From Betaproteobacteria bacterium (lineage in GTDB: Bacteria > Pseudomonadota > Gammaproteobacteria > Burkholderiales > CAIKXV01): 64,000 nucleotides of DNA. This document shows positions 1-9,881 of this stretch, in pieces. Each line of letters begins with the position of its first letter. The stretch's first letter is position 1. The notes beneath the pieces were generated by a model that was given only the letters and a program-made list of their open reading frames with translations, was not told where the DNA came from and searched no databases. Both the position numbers and the translations under genes were made by a program. Location of the stretch: NCBI GenBank assembly GCA_947457885.1, contig CANGXU010000003.1, positions 6,147 to 70,146 on the forward strand, in the 5' to 3' direction.

Positions 1-1
1 C

Positions 2-292
2 AAGGACCTGATGTCGCGCATCGAACTTGTCGAGGATCCGGTGCTGACAGCCGGCTACCCGACGCAGCGCGCATCGCGGGTGAAGATGACGCTGACCGAC
101 GGCCGCAAGCTCGAGTTCTTCCAGCCCTACCGCAAGGGCGACCCCGAGCAACTGCTGACCGATGCCGAGGTCGATGCCAAGTTCATGGAACTCGCCGAGC
201 CGGTGATCGGCGCCGGGAAATCGAAGGCGCTGCTCGCCGCCCTGTGGAAGACCGAGGCCGGCAAGGCCTCGGCGCTGCCCTTCACCCGCTGA
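2..292 (+). CDS. MmgE/PrpD family protein, C-terminal fragment (5' end lies outside the window)
   Basis: The reading frame is open from the window edge. The tail ...RVKMTLTDGRKLEFFQPYRKGDPEQLLTDAEVDAKFMELAEP... resembles the conserved C-terminus of 2-methylcitrate-dehydratase-family proteins. Confidence 0.6.
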   Translation, partial: KDLMSRIELVEDPVLTAGYPTQRASRVKMTLTDGRKLEFFQPYRKGDPEQLLTDAEVDAKFMELAEPVIGAGKSKALLAALWKTEAGKASALPFTR

Positions 293-361
293 CCCGAAAT
301 CCGGGTCAGCGACATCAGGGTGACGTCGGGGTCAGACCCCAGGGTCAGACCCCGGCTTCGG

Positions 362-889
362 TCAGCCGAAGTAGGCGTCCTCGAGCACCTGCATCTCGAC
401 GGTCTTGTTCTCCTTCGAGTCGCCCTGCATGTATTCGCCGGACGGCCCTACGCGCGAGCTCGCCTTGCCCTGCAGCGCGTAGTTCGGCGAGCCGACGCGC
501 AGCATGACCAGCGGTCCTTCGCTCTCGACGGAGTGGAACCGGTACAGCGAGCCTTTCGGCACCAGGATGCCTTCGTTGGCGTTCAGCGTGGCCATCTCGC
601 CATCCTGGTCGTAGAACGTCGCTGCACCCTGCAGGATGATGAAGGTGTGGTCTTCGGTGGGGTGGGCATGCAGGCCGTTCTCGCCACCCGACGCATAGAC
701 CTTCACCATCACGGTCAGGTCTTCGGTCGCCGCGACCGGAATGTTGGCGCGGCCCTGCTTGAGCAATGCGGTGCGCATCTTGAACGCCTGCGGCTTGCCC
801 TTGTTGTCGGCGGCGATCTGGGTGAGCTTCTGGCGCAGCAGTGCCGAGTCGCTGAGTGCAGACTCCATTTCCCGGGCGACGAGTTTCAT
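362..889 (-). CDS. cupin domain protein
   Basis: ORF 362..940 trimmed to the ATG at 889, which has AGGAG 7 nt upstream. The core GGENGLHAHPTEDHTFIILQGAATF...LVPKGSLYRFHSV is a cupin-type beta-barrel metal motif. Confidence 0.65.
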   Translation of the reverse strand: MKLVAREMESALSDSALLRQKLTQIAADNKGKPQAFKMRTALLKQGRANIPVAATEDLTVMVKVYASGGENGLHAHPTEDHTFIILQGAATFYDQDGEMATLNANEGILVPKGSLYRFHSVESEGPLVMLRVGSPNYALQGKASSRVGPSGEYMQGDSKENKTVEMQVLEDAYFG

Positions 890-1038
890 GCGGGGCTCCT
901 GAGGGTGGCGAATCGGGGAATCGGTTGGGGGTGGTCGCAACGGGGACGTGGCAGGGAACTTGCTCCCCTTGCGTCATGACCTGCCATCATTGTACGAACA
1001 AATCGGCAGTCGCCAGAATCCCGTCCAACGGAGCAGCC

Positions 1039-2028
1039 ATGTCACTCAGCCGAATAACTCCCGCCGCCCTGGTTCTCGCAGGCGCCACGCTGGTCGCGAT
1101 GCCGGCCTTCGCCCAGCCGGGTACCGCGTTCCCGGCCAAGCCGGTACGTATCATCGTGCCCTTCGCCCCCGGCGGCCAATCGGACATCATCTCGCGCGTG
1201 GTCGGACAGAAGCTCTCCGAGCAATGGGGCCAGCCGATGGTCTACGAGAATCGCGGCGGTGCCGGTGGCACACTGGGCATCGACGCGATGCTGCGCTCGC
1301 CAGCGGACGGCTATACCATCGGTGCCGGCAGCCAGAGCGCCCTTTCGATTGCACAGCACCTCTACGCGAAGCTTCCCTACGATCCGTTGAAGGAAGTGCA
1401 GGGCGTGGTCACCCTGGTGCTCACGCCGTACGCGGTCGCCGTGAATACCCGGGTGCCGGCGAAGAACATCGACGACCTGGTCCGGCTCTCGCGCGCCAAG
1501 CCGGGTCTCCTCAACTTCGGCTCGTCCGGCGCTGGCTCGATCTCGCATATCGCGGCGGAGCTGTTCGGCGATGCGGCCGGTACGCGGCTGGTGCATGTGC
1601 CGTACAAGGGCACAGCCCCGGCGCTGGCCGGCCTGGCCACCGGCGAGATCGACCTGATGTTCACCGACCTGACGCCCCTGGGTCCGCATCTCGAATCGAA
1701 GCGCGCGCGGGTGATCGCGATCGCCGGGTCTCGGCGCAGCAGCGCGGCCCCGGGTGCGACGACACTGGCCGAGCAGGGCTTCAAGATGCAGGCGATCGAT
1801 GGACGCTACGGCTTCGTCGTTCCGGCCGCCACGCCGCGCGACGTGGTGAACCGGATCAACGCCGCATCGGTCGCCGCGCTGAAGATGGCCGACGTGCGCA
1901 ACCGGTTCGAGACGCAACTGGGTTACGCCATCGTCGGCGATACGCCCGAGGACTACCAGCGCGCGATCCGCAACGACTCCGAGACCTTCGGCAGGGTGAT
2001 CAAGCGGGCCGGCATCAAGGCGGAGTGA
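1039..2028 (+). CDS. Bug/TctC family periplasmic substrate-binding protein (tripartite tricarboxylate transporter family)
   Basis: ORF 856..2028 trimmed to the ATG at 1039. Signal peptide MSLSRITPAALVLAGATLVAMPAFAQ, then the family hallmarks PVRIIVPFAPGGQSD and VPYKGTAPA. Length is ~329 aa. Confidence 0.85.
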   Translation: MSLSRITPAALVLAGATLVAMPAFAQPGTAFPAKPVRIIVPFAPGGQSDIISRVVGQKLSEQWGQPMVYENRGGAGGTLGIDAMLRSPADGYTIGAGSQSALSIAQHLYAKLPYDPLKEVQGVVTLVLTPYAVAVNTRVPAKNIDDLVRLSRAKPGLLNFGSSGAGSISHIAAELFGDAAGTRLVHVPYKGTAPALAGLATGEIDLMFTDLTPLGPHLESKRARVIAIAGSRRSSAAPGATTLAEQGFKMQAIDGRYGFVVPAATPRDVVNRINAASVAALKMADVRNRFETQLGYAIVGDTPEDYQRAIRNDSETFGRVIKRAGIKAE

Positions 2029-2053
2029 ACGTTACGGACGTACGCCGGCCGGC

Positions 2054-3037
2054 TCAGTCGGCCCGCGCCCCCGACCGCTTCACAAGCTCTCGCCAGCGCG
2101 GGATCTCGGCGCGGATCAGCGCAGCGAAGGCCTCCGGCGTACTCGACGCCACATCCACGCCCTGACTGATGAAGCGTTCCCGGATCTCGGGCGAATCGAC
2201 GATCTTCGCTACTTCCCCGTGCAGCCGGGTCAGCAGCGGCCGGGGCAGGCCGGCCGGCGCCAGGACGCCATACCACGGCGTCACGTCGTAGCCGGGTGCG
2301 CCGCCCTCGGACACGGTCGGCAGTTCGGGGGCCTGCGGCGAGCGCTTGAGCGTCGAGACGGCGATCGCGCGCAGCTTGCCGGCACGCACGAACGGCATCG
2401 CGGTCAGCATGTTCGAGAACATCATCTGTACCTGCCCGCCGACCAGGTCGGCCAGCGCTGCGGCATTGCCTTTGTAGGGGATGTGCACGATGTCGATCGC
2501 AGCCGTGCTCTTGAACAGTTCGCCCGCCAGATGGGTCGGCCCGCCGCTGCCAGCCGACGCGAAGTTGAGCACGCCCGGCTTCGCGCGGGCGAGCGCGATC
2601 AGGTCCTTCACGTTTTTCGCTGGTACGCCGGGGTTCAGTACCAGCACGAACGGCAGCGTCGCGATCATCGAGATCGGCTGGAAGTCCTTGATCGGGTCGT
2701 AGTTGACCTTCGCGTACAGGCTGATGTTGATCGCATGCGTGCCGACATGGCCAATCATCAGGGTGTAGCCGTCGGGCGCCGACCGCGCGACGATCTCGGC
2801 GCCCACGCCGCCGCCAGCCCCCGCCCGGTTGTCGACCACGACAGGTGTGCCGAGTGCGACCGACAGGCGTTCGGCGATCGCACGCGACATGATGTCGGTC
2901 GGGCCACCCGGCGCGAACGGTACGACGTAGCGGATCGGCCGTGAAGGATACGGACCCTGTGCTTCGGCCGCCTGAGCCGCCGTGATCGGGGCCGCCAGCG
3001 CCAGCGCCAGCAGCGCCGACCGCTTCGATACGTTCAT
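2054..3037 (-). CDS. Bug/TctC family periplasmic substrate-binding protein
   Basis: ORF trimmed to the ATG at 3037, which follows GGAGGGGAG. Signal peptide MNVSKRSALLALALAAPITAAQA, then PIRYVVPFAPGGPTD and IPYKGNAAA. Confidence 0.85.
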   Translation of the reverse strand: MNVSKRSALLALALAAPITAAQAAEAQGPYPSRPIRYVVPFAPGGPTDIMSRAIAERLSVALGTPVVVDNRAGAGGGVGAEIVARSAPDGYTLMIGHVGTHAINISLYAKVNYDPIKDFQPISMIATLPFVLVLNPGVPAKNVKDLIALARAKPGVLNFASAGSGGPTHLAGELFKSTAAIDIVHIPYKGNAAALADLVGGQVQMMFSNMLTAMPFVRAGKLRAIAVSTLKRSPQAPELPTVSEGGAPGYDVTPWYGVLAPAGLPRPLLTRLHGEVAKIVDSPEIRERFISQGVDVASSTPEAFAALIRAEIPRWRELVKRSGARAD

Positions 3038-3171
3038 GTCGTGCTCCCCTCCGTGGCCGGACGATGACCAGCGGATCGAATTGATACACTGCGTCGACGC
3101 TTTTCGTCGACCGTCTTTTCGTCGACTGTCGCCACCCGGCGACAGCCCAGTCTGGAGCAACAACCGCGCCC

Positions 3172-4026
3172 ATGTCAAAAGCCCGCCGCCACCTGGTCTG
3201 CCTGACCTTCGACTTCGATGCCATCTCGGGTTTCATCGCGCGCGGCACGCCCACGCCCTCGGCCATCTCGCGTGGCGAGTTCGGGCCGCGCGTGTCCGCC
3301 CCCCGGCTGCTGAAGATGCTCGGTGAACGCGGCCTTCCTACCACCTGGTTCGTGCCCGGCCATACCGCCGAGACTTTCCCCGATGCAGTGGCCTCGGTGG
3401 CGCGCGCGGGCCACGAGATCGGACACCACGGCTGGAAGCATGTGCCGCCCGCGACGCTATCGCGCGAGGAAGAAGAGAACGAACTCGTGCGAGGCATCGC
3501 TGCCATCGAGCGCACCTGCGGCGAGCGCCCGACCGGATACCGCTCGCCTTCGTGGGACCTGTCGCCGCATTCGATCGAGCTGATGCTCAAGCACGGCTTC
3601 ACCTACGACAGCAGCATGATGGGGGACGACTACACGCCCTATTTCGCACGCCAGGGCGACATCATCGAGCTGGAGAAGCCGGCGGTGTTCGGCAAGCCGT
3701 CGAACCTGCTCGAGATGCCGATCAGCTGGTCCACCGACGACGCGCCGCATTTCGAGTTCATGCGCTACCCGAACGCGATCCGCCCCGGCAACATGAACGC
3801 CGACCAGGTACTCGGCAACTGGGTGGCCGACTTCGACTACATGCAGCGCGAACTCGACTGGGGCGTCCTCACCTATACCTGCCATCCGTTCATCATCGGG
3901 CGCGGCCACCGTATCCTGATGCTCGAGAAGCTGGTCGACACGCTGCTCGCGCGCGGTGCGGTGTTCGTGCGCATGGACGCGGCTGCGGCCGAGTACCGCG
4001 CACGCGTGGCCGCGGGCGAAGCATGA
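3172..4026 (+). CDS. polysaccharide deacetylase (NodB-homology) family protein
   Basis: LTFDFDAISG...TWFVPGHTAETFPD...GHEIGHHGW are typical NodB-type Asp/His metal motifs. Length 284 aa. Confidence 0.75.
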   Translation: MSKARRHLVCLTFDFDAISGFIARGTPTPSAISRGEFGPRVSAPRLLKMLGERGLPTTWFVPGHTAETFPDAVASVARAGHEIGHHGWKHVPPATLSREEEENELVRGIAAIERTCGERPTGYRSPSWDLSPHSIELMLKHGFTYDSSMMGDDYTPYFARQGDIIELEKPAVFGKPSNLLEMPISWSTDDAPHFEFMRYPNAIRPGNMNADQVLGNWVADFDYMQRELDWGVLTYTCHPFIIGRGHRILMLEKLVDTLLARGAVFVRMDAAAAEYRARVAAGEA

Positions 4027-4595
4027 GGGCTGCGGGCACGTTGGATCCGGTCGTCCTGATCCTGCCCGGCCGGGGCAACTCCGGCCCGGCGCACTGGCAG
4101 ACGCGCTGGGAGCGGCAGCGTCCCGGCTGCGTGCGCATCGAGCAGTCGGAGTGGACCACGCCGCGCCGCGACGACTGGGTCGCCTCGCTGCAGCGGACCG
4201 TCGCCGCACTCGCGCCCGCGCCGATCGTGCTGGTCGCCCATTCGCTCGCGTGCAGCCTGGTTGCCAACTGGGTGAAGGTGGGCGCTGTCGGTACGGTTGC
4301 CGCCGCGCTGCTGGTCTCGACCAGCGACGTCGATTCGCCCGACTGGCCTGCCGGCCCGATCGGCTTCGCACCGATGCCTCTGATGAAGATGCCGTTCCCG
4401 ACCATCGTCGTCGCCAGCACGAACGATCCGATGGTGGCCGAACCCAGGTCGAGGATGTTCGCCGAGGCCTGGGGCGCCGCGTATCGCGTGATCGGAGCGA
4501 AAGGCCACATCAACGCCGATTCGGGGCTGGGCGACTGGCCGCAGGGACAGGCCTGGCTCGACGAACTCATCGCAGGCGTGCGCGCGGCGCGCTGA
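4023..4595 (+). CDS. alpha/beta serine hydrolase, YdeN/RBBP9-like
   Basis: The ATG at 4023 overlaps the upstream stop (ATGA). ILPGRGNSGPAHWQTRWE...LVAHSLAC...VVASTNDP...GHIN matches the small Ser-hydrolase family with nucleophile motif HSLA. Confidence 0.7.
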   Translation: MRAAGTLDPVVLILPGRGNSGPAHWQTRWERQRPGCVRIEQSEWTTPRRDDWVASLQRTVAALAPAPIVLVAHSLACSLVANWVKVGAVGTVAAALLVSTSDVDSPDWPAGPIGFAPMPLMKMPFPTIVVASTNDPMVAEPRSRMFAEAWGAAYRVIGAKGHINADSGLGDWPQGQAWLDELIAGVRAAR

Positions 4596-4658
4596 GCGCA
4601 CGCCGCGCGGGCGCTGTACTGGCAACGACGGCACCTTGATGCCGGATGACTGCCGCCT

Positions 4659-5504
4659 TCATGGCTGCACCTCGCGCAGGCCCATCGAAAAACCGCCCGC
4701 GTGGGCGGGGTCGATCCAGGCTATGGTACCGTCACGGCTGAACGGTACGCCACGCGTCTCGAGCAGCGCCAGTGCATGCCCGAGGTCGAGCACGCCGACC
4801 GTCAGCGCGTGGAGCCCGGGCAACCTCGATGGCTGCCAGCCGTGTCTCGCCGCGAAGGTGGTGGTGTCGACCGCCTCCACCCCTGCCAGCCTGCCGAGCG
4901 CGTCCAGGTGCCGGATGATCGGCTGTGGATCGTCGGCGACGAACGTGGCCGAAAGCAGTGCGACTGCGCCATTGTCGTGGTCGAGGTAGCGCGGCTGCCA
5001 GAGGTAGCCGGGTGTCTGGTGCTCGATGACGATGTAGCGCGCTTCCGGGCAGTCGGCATCGCGGCTGAAGATGTTGCGAAAGCGCATGAGGCGCATCGCG
5101 CCATCGACATCGACCTCGCGCTCGCGTTGCACCGGAGGCTGCAGGAAGGGTGCATCCGCAGCGAGTGCCGCGTAGGCCTCGTCGGCGCTATCGCAGCGCA
5201 GCGCGAGGATATGCAGGCCGGAGCCGCGCGCCATGAAGGATGCCCATGGGTTGAACGCGCCCGGGCAGGTGATGCCGATCAGCTCGAGGTAACCGCGCCG
5301 GAACAGTGCACAGCGGTTCGAGGTGGCCCAGGGATGCATGCCCTCGCGCTCCGGCACCGCGCCGCGCTGGGGGCTGCGCGGGCAGAGCCGGAAGCCGAGC
5401 CGTTCCCATGCCGCCGCCACTGCATCGAAGTCCTCGGCGATGCAGCCGAGATGGTCGAGCGCCAGGACCGGTGCAGTGTCTACGCCGACGGGCTGCAGTG
5501 CCAT
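4659..5504 (-). CDS. VOC/glyoxalase-like domain protein
   Basis: This is the C-terminal 281 codons of the 684-aa track ORF. The ATG at 5504 overlaps the ligase stop by 1 nt (TGATG). LDHLGCIAEDFDAVAAAWERLGF...LELIG is a glyoxalase-like fold signature. Confidence 0.6.
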   Translation of the reverse strand: MALQPVGVDTAPVLALDHLGCIAEDFDAVAAAWERLGFRLCPRSPQRGAVPEREGMHPWATSNRCALFRRGYLELIGITCPGAFNPWASFMARGSGLHILALRCDSADEAYAALAADAPFLQPPVQREREVDVDGAMRLMRFRNIFSRDADCPEARYIVIEHQTPGYLWQPRYLDHDNGAVALLSATFVADDPQPIIRHLDALGRLAGVEAVDTTTFAARHGWQPSRLPGLHALTVGVLDLGHALALLETRGVPFSRDGTIAWIDPAHAGGFSMGLREVQP

Positions 5505-7033
5505 CAGGCAGGCTGGCCGGCCACGATCGCCGCGGCCTGCGCCTTCAGCGATTGCCGGTCGACCTTGTTCGGGCCTGCGAGCGGCATCGCATCGAGGAAG
5601 GCGACCCGCCGCGGATGCTGGTAGGCGGGCGCGTGTTCCAGTGCGAACCGCTTGACCTCGGCTTCGTCGAGCGTGCTGTCCGGCGCCCGCACCACGAATG
5701 CAAACGGCTTCTCGCCCTTGATCTCGTCGGGCACCGGTACCACGCAGGCCTGCTGGACCCCGGGGTGGCGCTCGAGGAGCGATTCGACCTCGCCCGGGAA
5801 GATGTTCTCGCCGCCGCAGACGAACATGTCGTCGGTGCGGCCGACGAAGAAGTACGCACCGTCCGCATCGCGCCGGAACACGTCGCCCGATACATACCAC
5901 CCATCGGGCGTGAGTACCTCGCGCGTCTTCTCCGGCAGGTTCAGGTAGCCGCACATGTTTGCCGGCGTACGCTGCCACAGCACGCCTTCGTCCGCATCCT
6001 TGCCGCCAGCATCGACCAGGCGCAGCTCGACGCCCTCCATCGGCCAGCCGATCGACAGGGGCGGCAGCGTGCGGTCCGGACGCGGGGCGCACACCACCGG
6101 GCCGGCCTCGGTCGTGCCGTAGGAGTTCATCACGAGCGCGCCGGGGAAGGTGGCCTTCACCTCGTCCCAGAGCTTGAGCGAGATCGGTGCCGAACCCATG
6201 CGCACCGTCTGCACCGACGAGCGGTCGCCCCGCTCGATCAGGTCGCGCTGCTGCAGGCACATCGCGAACATCGGTGGCACTCCGGTGAGCCAGGTGCAGC
6301 GGTAGCGTTCGATCGCCTGCAGGTACAGGCGCGCATCGAACTCGGGCAGCAGCACCATGCTCGCGCCCACGGCGATCGTGAAGAGCGACGTGCACAGCCC
6401 GTTCATGTGATAGAGCGGCGCGGCGACCAGCAGCCGCTGCGCGGTGAACGGTGCACCGCGCCGGGCGCGCGCGCGCAGGGCCCACAGGTGGCCGCCGTGG
6501 GTCAGTGGGACTCCTTTCGGGCGCCCGGTCGAGCCCGATGTGTAGAGCACCATCGCCACGTCTTCCGGTGACGGATGCACCGGCTCGAACGGCCCAGGGT
6601 CGAGCTGCGCGGCCAAGCCGTCCGGCCCGGTGCCATCGAAGACGGTGACTGGCAGCCGGCCGGTAAGCAGGGATCGGCCTTGCTCGTCGCACACCACATG
6701 CTTCGCCCGGCAATCGCCGAGGATGAAATCGATCGTCGCGGCCGGGAACCTGTAACTGACCGGTACTGCGACCATGCCAGCCCGTACGATGCCGAGAAAG
6801 GCGAACAGGTACTCCGCACGGTTGGCTGAAAGGATGGCCACCGCATCGCCTCGCGCCAGCCCGCTGGCTAGCAGGCCGCGCGCGAAGGCGTTTGCGGCAT
6901 CCTCCACCTGGCGGTGCGAGTACTCGCGCGGCGCATCGCGATCGAGCAGGTCGATCAGCGCGACGGTATCGCCGCCGCTCTGCGGGTACAGTTCCGGGTC
7001 GTACAGGGCGCCGAGGTTGTCCGTCCCGATCAT
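5504..7033 (-). CDS. AMP-dependent acyl-CoA synthetase/ligase
   Basis: AMP-binding motif VLYTSGSTGRPKGV plus YGTTE, GDV..RDADGYFFFVGRTDD and a C-terminal PNKVDR lysine motif. Length 509 aa. Confidence 0.9.
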   Translation of the reverse strand: MIGTDNLGALYDPELYPQSGGDTVALIDLLDRDAPREYSHRQVEDAANAFARGLLASGLARGDAVAILSANRAEYLFAFLGIVRAGMVAVPVSYRFPAATIDFILGDCRAKHVVCDEQGRSLLTGRLPVTVFDGTGPDGLAAQLDPGPFEPVHPSPEDVAMVLYTSGSTGRPKGVPLTHGGHLWALRARARRGAPFTAQRLLVAAPLYHMNGLCTSLFTIAVGASMVLLPEFDARLYLQAIERYRCTWLTGVPPMFAMCLQQRDLIERGDRSSVQTVRMGSAPISLKLWDEVKATFPGALVMNSYGTTEAGPVVCAPRPDRTLPPLSIGWPMEGVELRLVDAGGKDADEGVLWQRTPANMCGYLNLPEKTREVLTPDGWYVSGDVFRRDADGAYFFVGRTDDMFVCGGENIFPGEVESLLERHPGVQQACVVPVPDEIKGEKPFAFVVRAPDSTLDEAEVKRFALEHAPAYQHPRRVAFLDAMPLAGPNKVDRQSLKAQAAAIVAGQPA

Positions 7034-7039
7034 GGCCGG

Positions 7040-8089
7040 CTACTCGGGGCGTACGCCGGCGAGCTTCACTGCCGCTGCCCAGCGCACCAGTTCACGCTTC
7101 ATCAGCGCACCGAGTTCTTCCGGGCTGCTGGCGACCGGATCGGTGCCCTCGGCGAGCAGTACGCTGCGCACGTCGGCGGCGGCCATCGTGCGCCGCAGGT
7201 CGGCATTGAGCCGGTCCACGGTCGGCCTGGGTATGTTGGCGGGGCCCACTACGCAGTACCAGCCGGTGATGTCGAGATCCTTGTACCCGGCCTCGACCAG
7301 GGTGCCGACGTCCGGATAGATCGCCGAGCGCTTCGAGCCGGTGGTGGCGATCGCGCGCACGCGTCCACTCTTGACGAACGCGACCATGGTGTTGGGCTGG
7401 CTCACCTGCAGTTCGATCTCTCCGCCGAGCAGCGCATTGAGCGCCGGTCCGCCGCCCTTGTACGGCACATGCAGCAGGTCGATGCCGGCGGCATGCGCGA
7501 GCAGCGCGCCGGTCAGGTGGTTCGAGGTGCCCGGCCCCGCGCTGCCGTAGGAAAGCTTGCCCGGGTTTCGCCTGGCCAGCGCGATCACGTCCTTGATGTT
7601 CTTCGCCGGCAGCGAGGGGTGCGAGACGATCAGCAGGGGCTGCGTGGCGACCAGCGAGATCGGCGAGAAGTCGCGCATCGTGTCGTAGCCGACCTTGGCC
7701 AGTGCGGCCGGGTTGATCGCCAGCGGGCTGGTCGAACCCATCAGCAGCGTGTAGCCGTCGGGCGCGGAACGTGCGACCAGTTCCGCCGCGAGGCTGCCAC
7801 CGCCGCCGGCACGGTTGTCGATGATCACCGGATGGCCGAGGAACTCCTGCAGCCGGCGCCCGATCGGGCGCGCCATGATGTCGATCGCGCCGCCCGCGGC
7901 GAACGGAATGATCATGCGCACGGCCCGCTGCGGGAATGCGGAGTCCTGCGCGCAGGCCTGCGGCAGGCCGGCCACCAGTGCCGTCGACATGACGGCCAGG
8001 ACAGCCAGGTGGCGGCACGCGCGCTGGCGGGTAATCGGCGATAGTGAGGGGGTGTGCAGGTTCAAGGCAGCTACCTCGTGCGTGATCAC
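7040..8089 (-). CDS. Bug/TctC family periplasmic substrate-binding protein
   Basis: AVRMIIPFAAGGAID and VPYKGGGPA follow a signal-like RQRACRHLAVLAVMSTALVAGLPQACAQ. The exact start is uncertain. Confidence 0.8.
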   Translation of the reverse strand: MITHEVAALNLHTPSLSPITRQRACRHLAVLAVMSTALVAGLPQACAQDSAFPQRAVRMIIPFAAGGAIDIMARPIGRRLQEFLGHPVIIDNRAGGGGSLAAELVARSAPDGYTLLMGSTSPLAINPAALAKVGYDTMRDFSPISLVATQPLLIVSHPSLPAKNIKDVIALARRNPGKLSYGSAGPGTSNHLTGALLAHAAGIDLLHVPYKGGGPALNALLGGEIELQVSQPNTMVAFVKSGRVRAIATTGSKRSAIYPDVGTLVEAGYKDLDITGWYCVVGPANIPRPTVDRLNADLRRTMAAADVRSVLLAEGTDPVASSPEELGALMKRELVRWAAAVKLAGVRPE

Positions 8090-8184
8090 AGTTTCGCGGC
8101 TGCGGGCAATCGGCTTGCCATGGCGCCTCGCTCTTCTATACTTCGGACACGTCCATTTGTCACGCCCTGGCGGAGGAGCCGACC

Positions 8185-9795
8185 ATGCATGAGAAAGAAA
8201 CCTTCCGCGACTACCTCGACCGTCTGCGTGCAGCCGGGCAGCTGCTCGACATCCACGAGCCGGTCGACAGCAGGCATATCGCGACGCTGGTCGACCAGAG
8301 CGACAAGGCGCTCGCGTTCCATCGCGTGATCGGCTACGACATGCCGGTGGTGTCCGGCCTGATCCGCTCCAGCGAGCGGGTGGCGATCGGGCTGGGCGTA
8401 GAGAAGTACGCCGACATCGAACAGAAGCTCACCAAGGGAATCGCCGATCCGATCCCGCCGGTCTATGTCGAGCAGAGCAGCACGCGCGAAGTCACGCGCT
8501 ACGGCGACGACGTCGACCTGTTCGACCTGCCGATCCCGATGTCCTCGGTACTCGACGGCGGACCGATGATCACCGGTGGCATCACCATCGTGCGAGACGG
8601 GCAGGGCGGGCTCAATGCCGGCATCTACCGCTACCTGCTGAAGGAGAAGAACCTCACCGGCATCGATATCGTCACCCCGAACAACCTGCGTGCGCTCGCG
8701 CACAAGGCATTCCTCGAGAAGCGCCCGCTGCCGATCTCCATCTCGATCGGCACGCATCCGTTCGAGTTCATGGCTGCGGGTTACCGCGCGCCGATGGGTG
8801 TAGACGAGATCGACATCGCCGGCGGGCTGCGCGGCGGGCCGACCCGGCTGTCGATGTGCGAGACCATCGACGTGCCCTACCTGGCCGACGCCGAGATGGT
8901 GCTCGAGGCCGAGATCCTGCCCACCGGCTGGACCTGGCCGGAAGGCCGCTTTGGCGAGTTCACCCAGCTGATGGGCGGCCTGCACTGGAACCCGCTGGTC
9001 CGGGTGAAGGCGATCTCGCACCGGAGAGATCCGATCTACTACAACCTGCACATGCCCTGGGAAGTGGCATGGCTGATGATCCCGACGCGCTGGTCGCAAC
9101 TGCGCGGTGCGCTGAAGGCGGCCGGCATCCAGGTGAAGGACATCAACGTCACGCTGGGCGGCAATGGCTCCTGGCATGTAATCGTGTCGATCAGGAAGCA
9201 GGCCGGCGAAGGCAAGAATGCGCTGATGGCGGTGCTGTCGGTCGGCGACATCAAGCATGCGGTGGTGGTCGACGACGACATCGACGTGTACGACCCGCTC
9301 GACGTCGAGTGGGCGATCGCGACACGGGTGCAGGGCGATCGCGACGTGTTCATCGTCCCCGGTGCGCGTGCCAAGCCGCTCGACCCGAGCCTGCCGGTGA
9401 TGCCCGCGGGCGTGGTGCCCACCGGCGCGAAGGTCGGCATCGATGCCACCATCCCGGAAGGGATCCCGCGCGAGCGCTACGAGCGCATCCGCTATGCCTA
9501 CTCGGACACGGTGAAGCTCGGCAGCTACAAGCTCGACGAATCGGCGGTCAAGGCAGCCGACCGCAAGCCCCGGGCGGGCGAGGTGGAAGAGCTGGCCGCG
9601 CGTATCCTGGATCTGATCGGGCCGAAGCCGCTGTACTACGCCGAGGTGATCGACGCTTTCCCCGGATACCCGCTGCAATCGATCACCCGGGCGTTCGGCA
9701 AGCTCCACGTCGACGAGAAGCTCTGGCAGGACCCGGAAGGGCGGATGTGCGTGCGCGGGTCGGTATTCGCCGCGAAGGTGCCGGGCGGACGCTGA
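8185..9795 (+). CDS. UbiD-family (prFMN-dependent) decarboxylase, 536 aa
   Basis: Collinear with UbiD-type carboxy-lyases across the N-terminal ~460 aa (FRDYLDRLRAAGQLLDIHEPVD...GRFGEFTQ...). It carries an extra ~70-aa C-terminal tail. Confidence 0.85.
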   Translation: MHEKETFRDYLDRLRAAGQLLDIHEPVDSRHIATLVDQSDKALAFHRVIGYDMPVVSGLIRSSERVAIGLGVEKYADIEQKLTKGIADPIPPVYVEQSSTREVTRYGDDVDLFDLPIPMSSVLDGGPMITGGITIVRDGQGGLNAGIYRYLLKEKNLTGIDIVTPNNLRALAHKAFLEKRPLPISISIGTHPFEFMAAGYRAPMGVDEIDIAGGLRGGPTRLSMCETIDVPYLADAEMVLEAEILPTGWTWPEGRFGEFTQLMGGLHWNPLVRVKAISHRRDPIYYNLHMPWEVAWLMIPTRWSQLRGALKAAGIQVKDINVTLGGNGSWHVIVSIRKQAGEGKNALMAVLSVGDIKHAVVVDDDIDVYDPLDVEWAIATRVQGDRDVFIVPGARAKPLDPSLPVMPAGVVPTGAKVGIDATIPEGIPRERYERIRYAYSDTVKLGSYKLDESAVKAADRKPRAGEVEELAARILDLIGPKPLYYAEVIDAFPGYPLQSITRAFGKLHVDEKLWQDPEGRMCVRGSVFAAKVPGGR

Positions 9796-9881
9796 AGCCG
9801 TTCGAGCGCAGGGTACGGGCGTTGCGCGTATGCTGGTCCACTGGCTGCACTGTTCGCCGCCAGCAACATCAGGAGGCTTCG

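Noticed and set aside
1953-3602. 549-aa minus-strand ORF overlapping the Bug and deacetylase genes. Similar long ORFs occur at 8086..10326(-), 10364..12769(+), 31474..34737(-), 40079..42406(+), 43606..45768(+) and 47011..49809(+).
   Set aside because: Their translations are Arg/Ala/Pro/Gly-rich low-complexity strings. They lie antisense or out of frame to genes with clear family motifs (UbiD, GMC, IleS, PilY1). These are typical shadow ORFs of high-GC DNA with few stop codons.
4659-6713. 684-aa ORF that could be read as one large protein.
   Set aside because: Its upstream two-thirds is an out-of-frame shadow of the acyl-CoA ligase gene. Only the last 281 codons, from the ATG at 5504 that overlaps the ligase stop, look like a real (VOC-like) protein.
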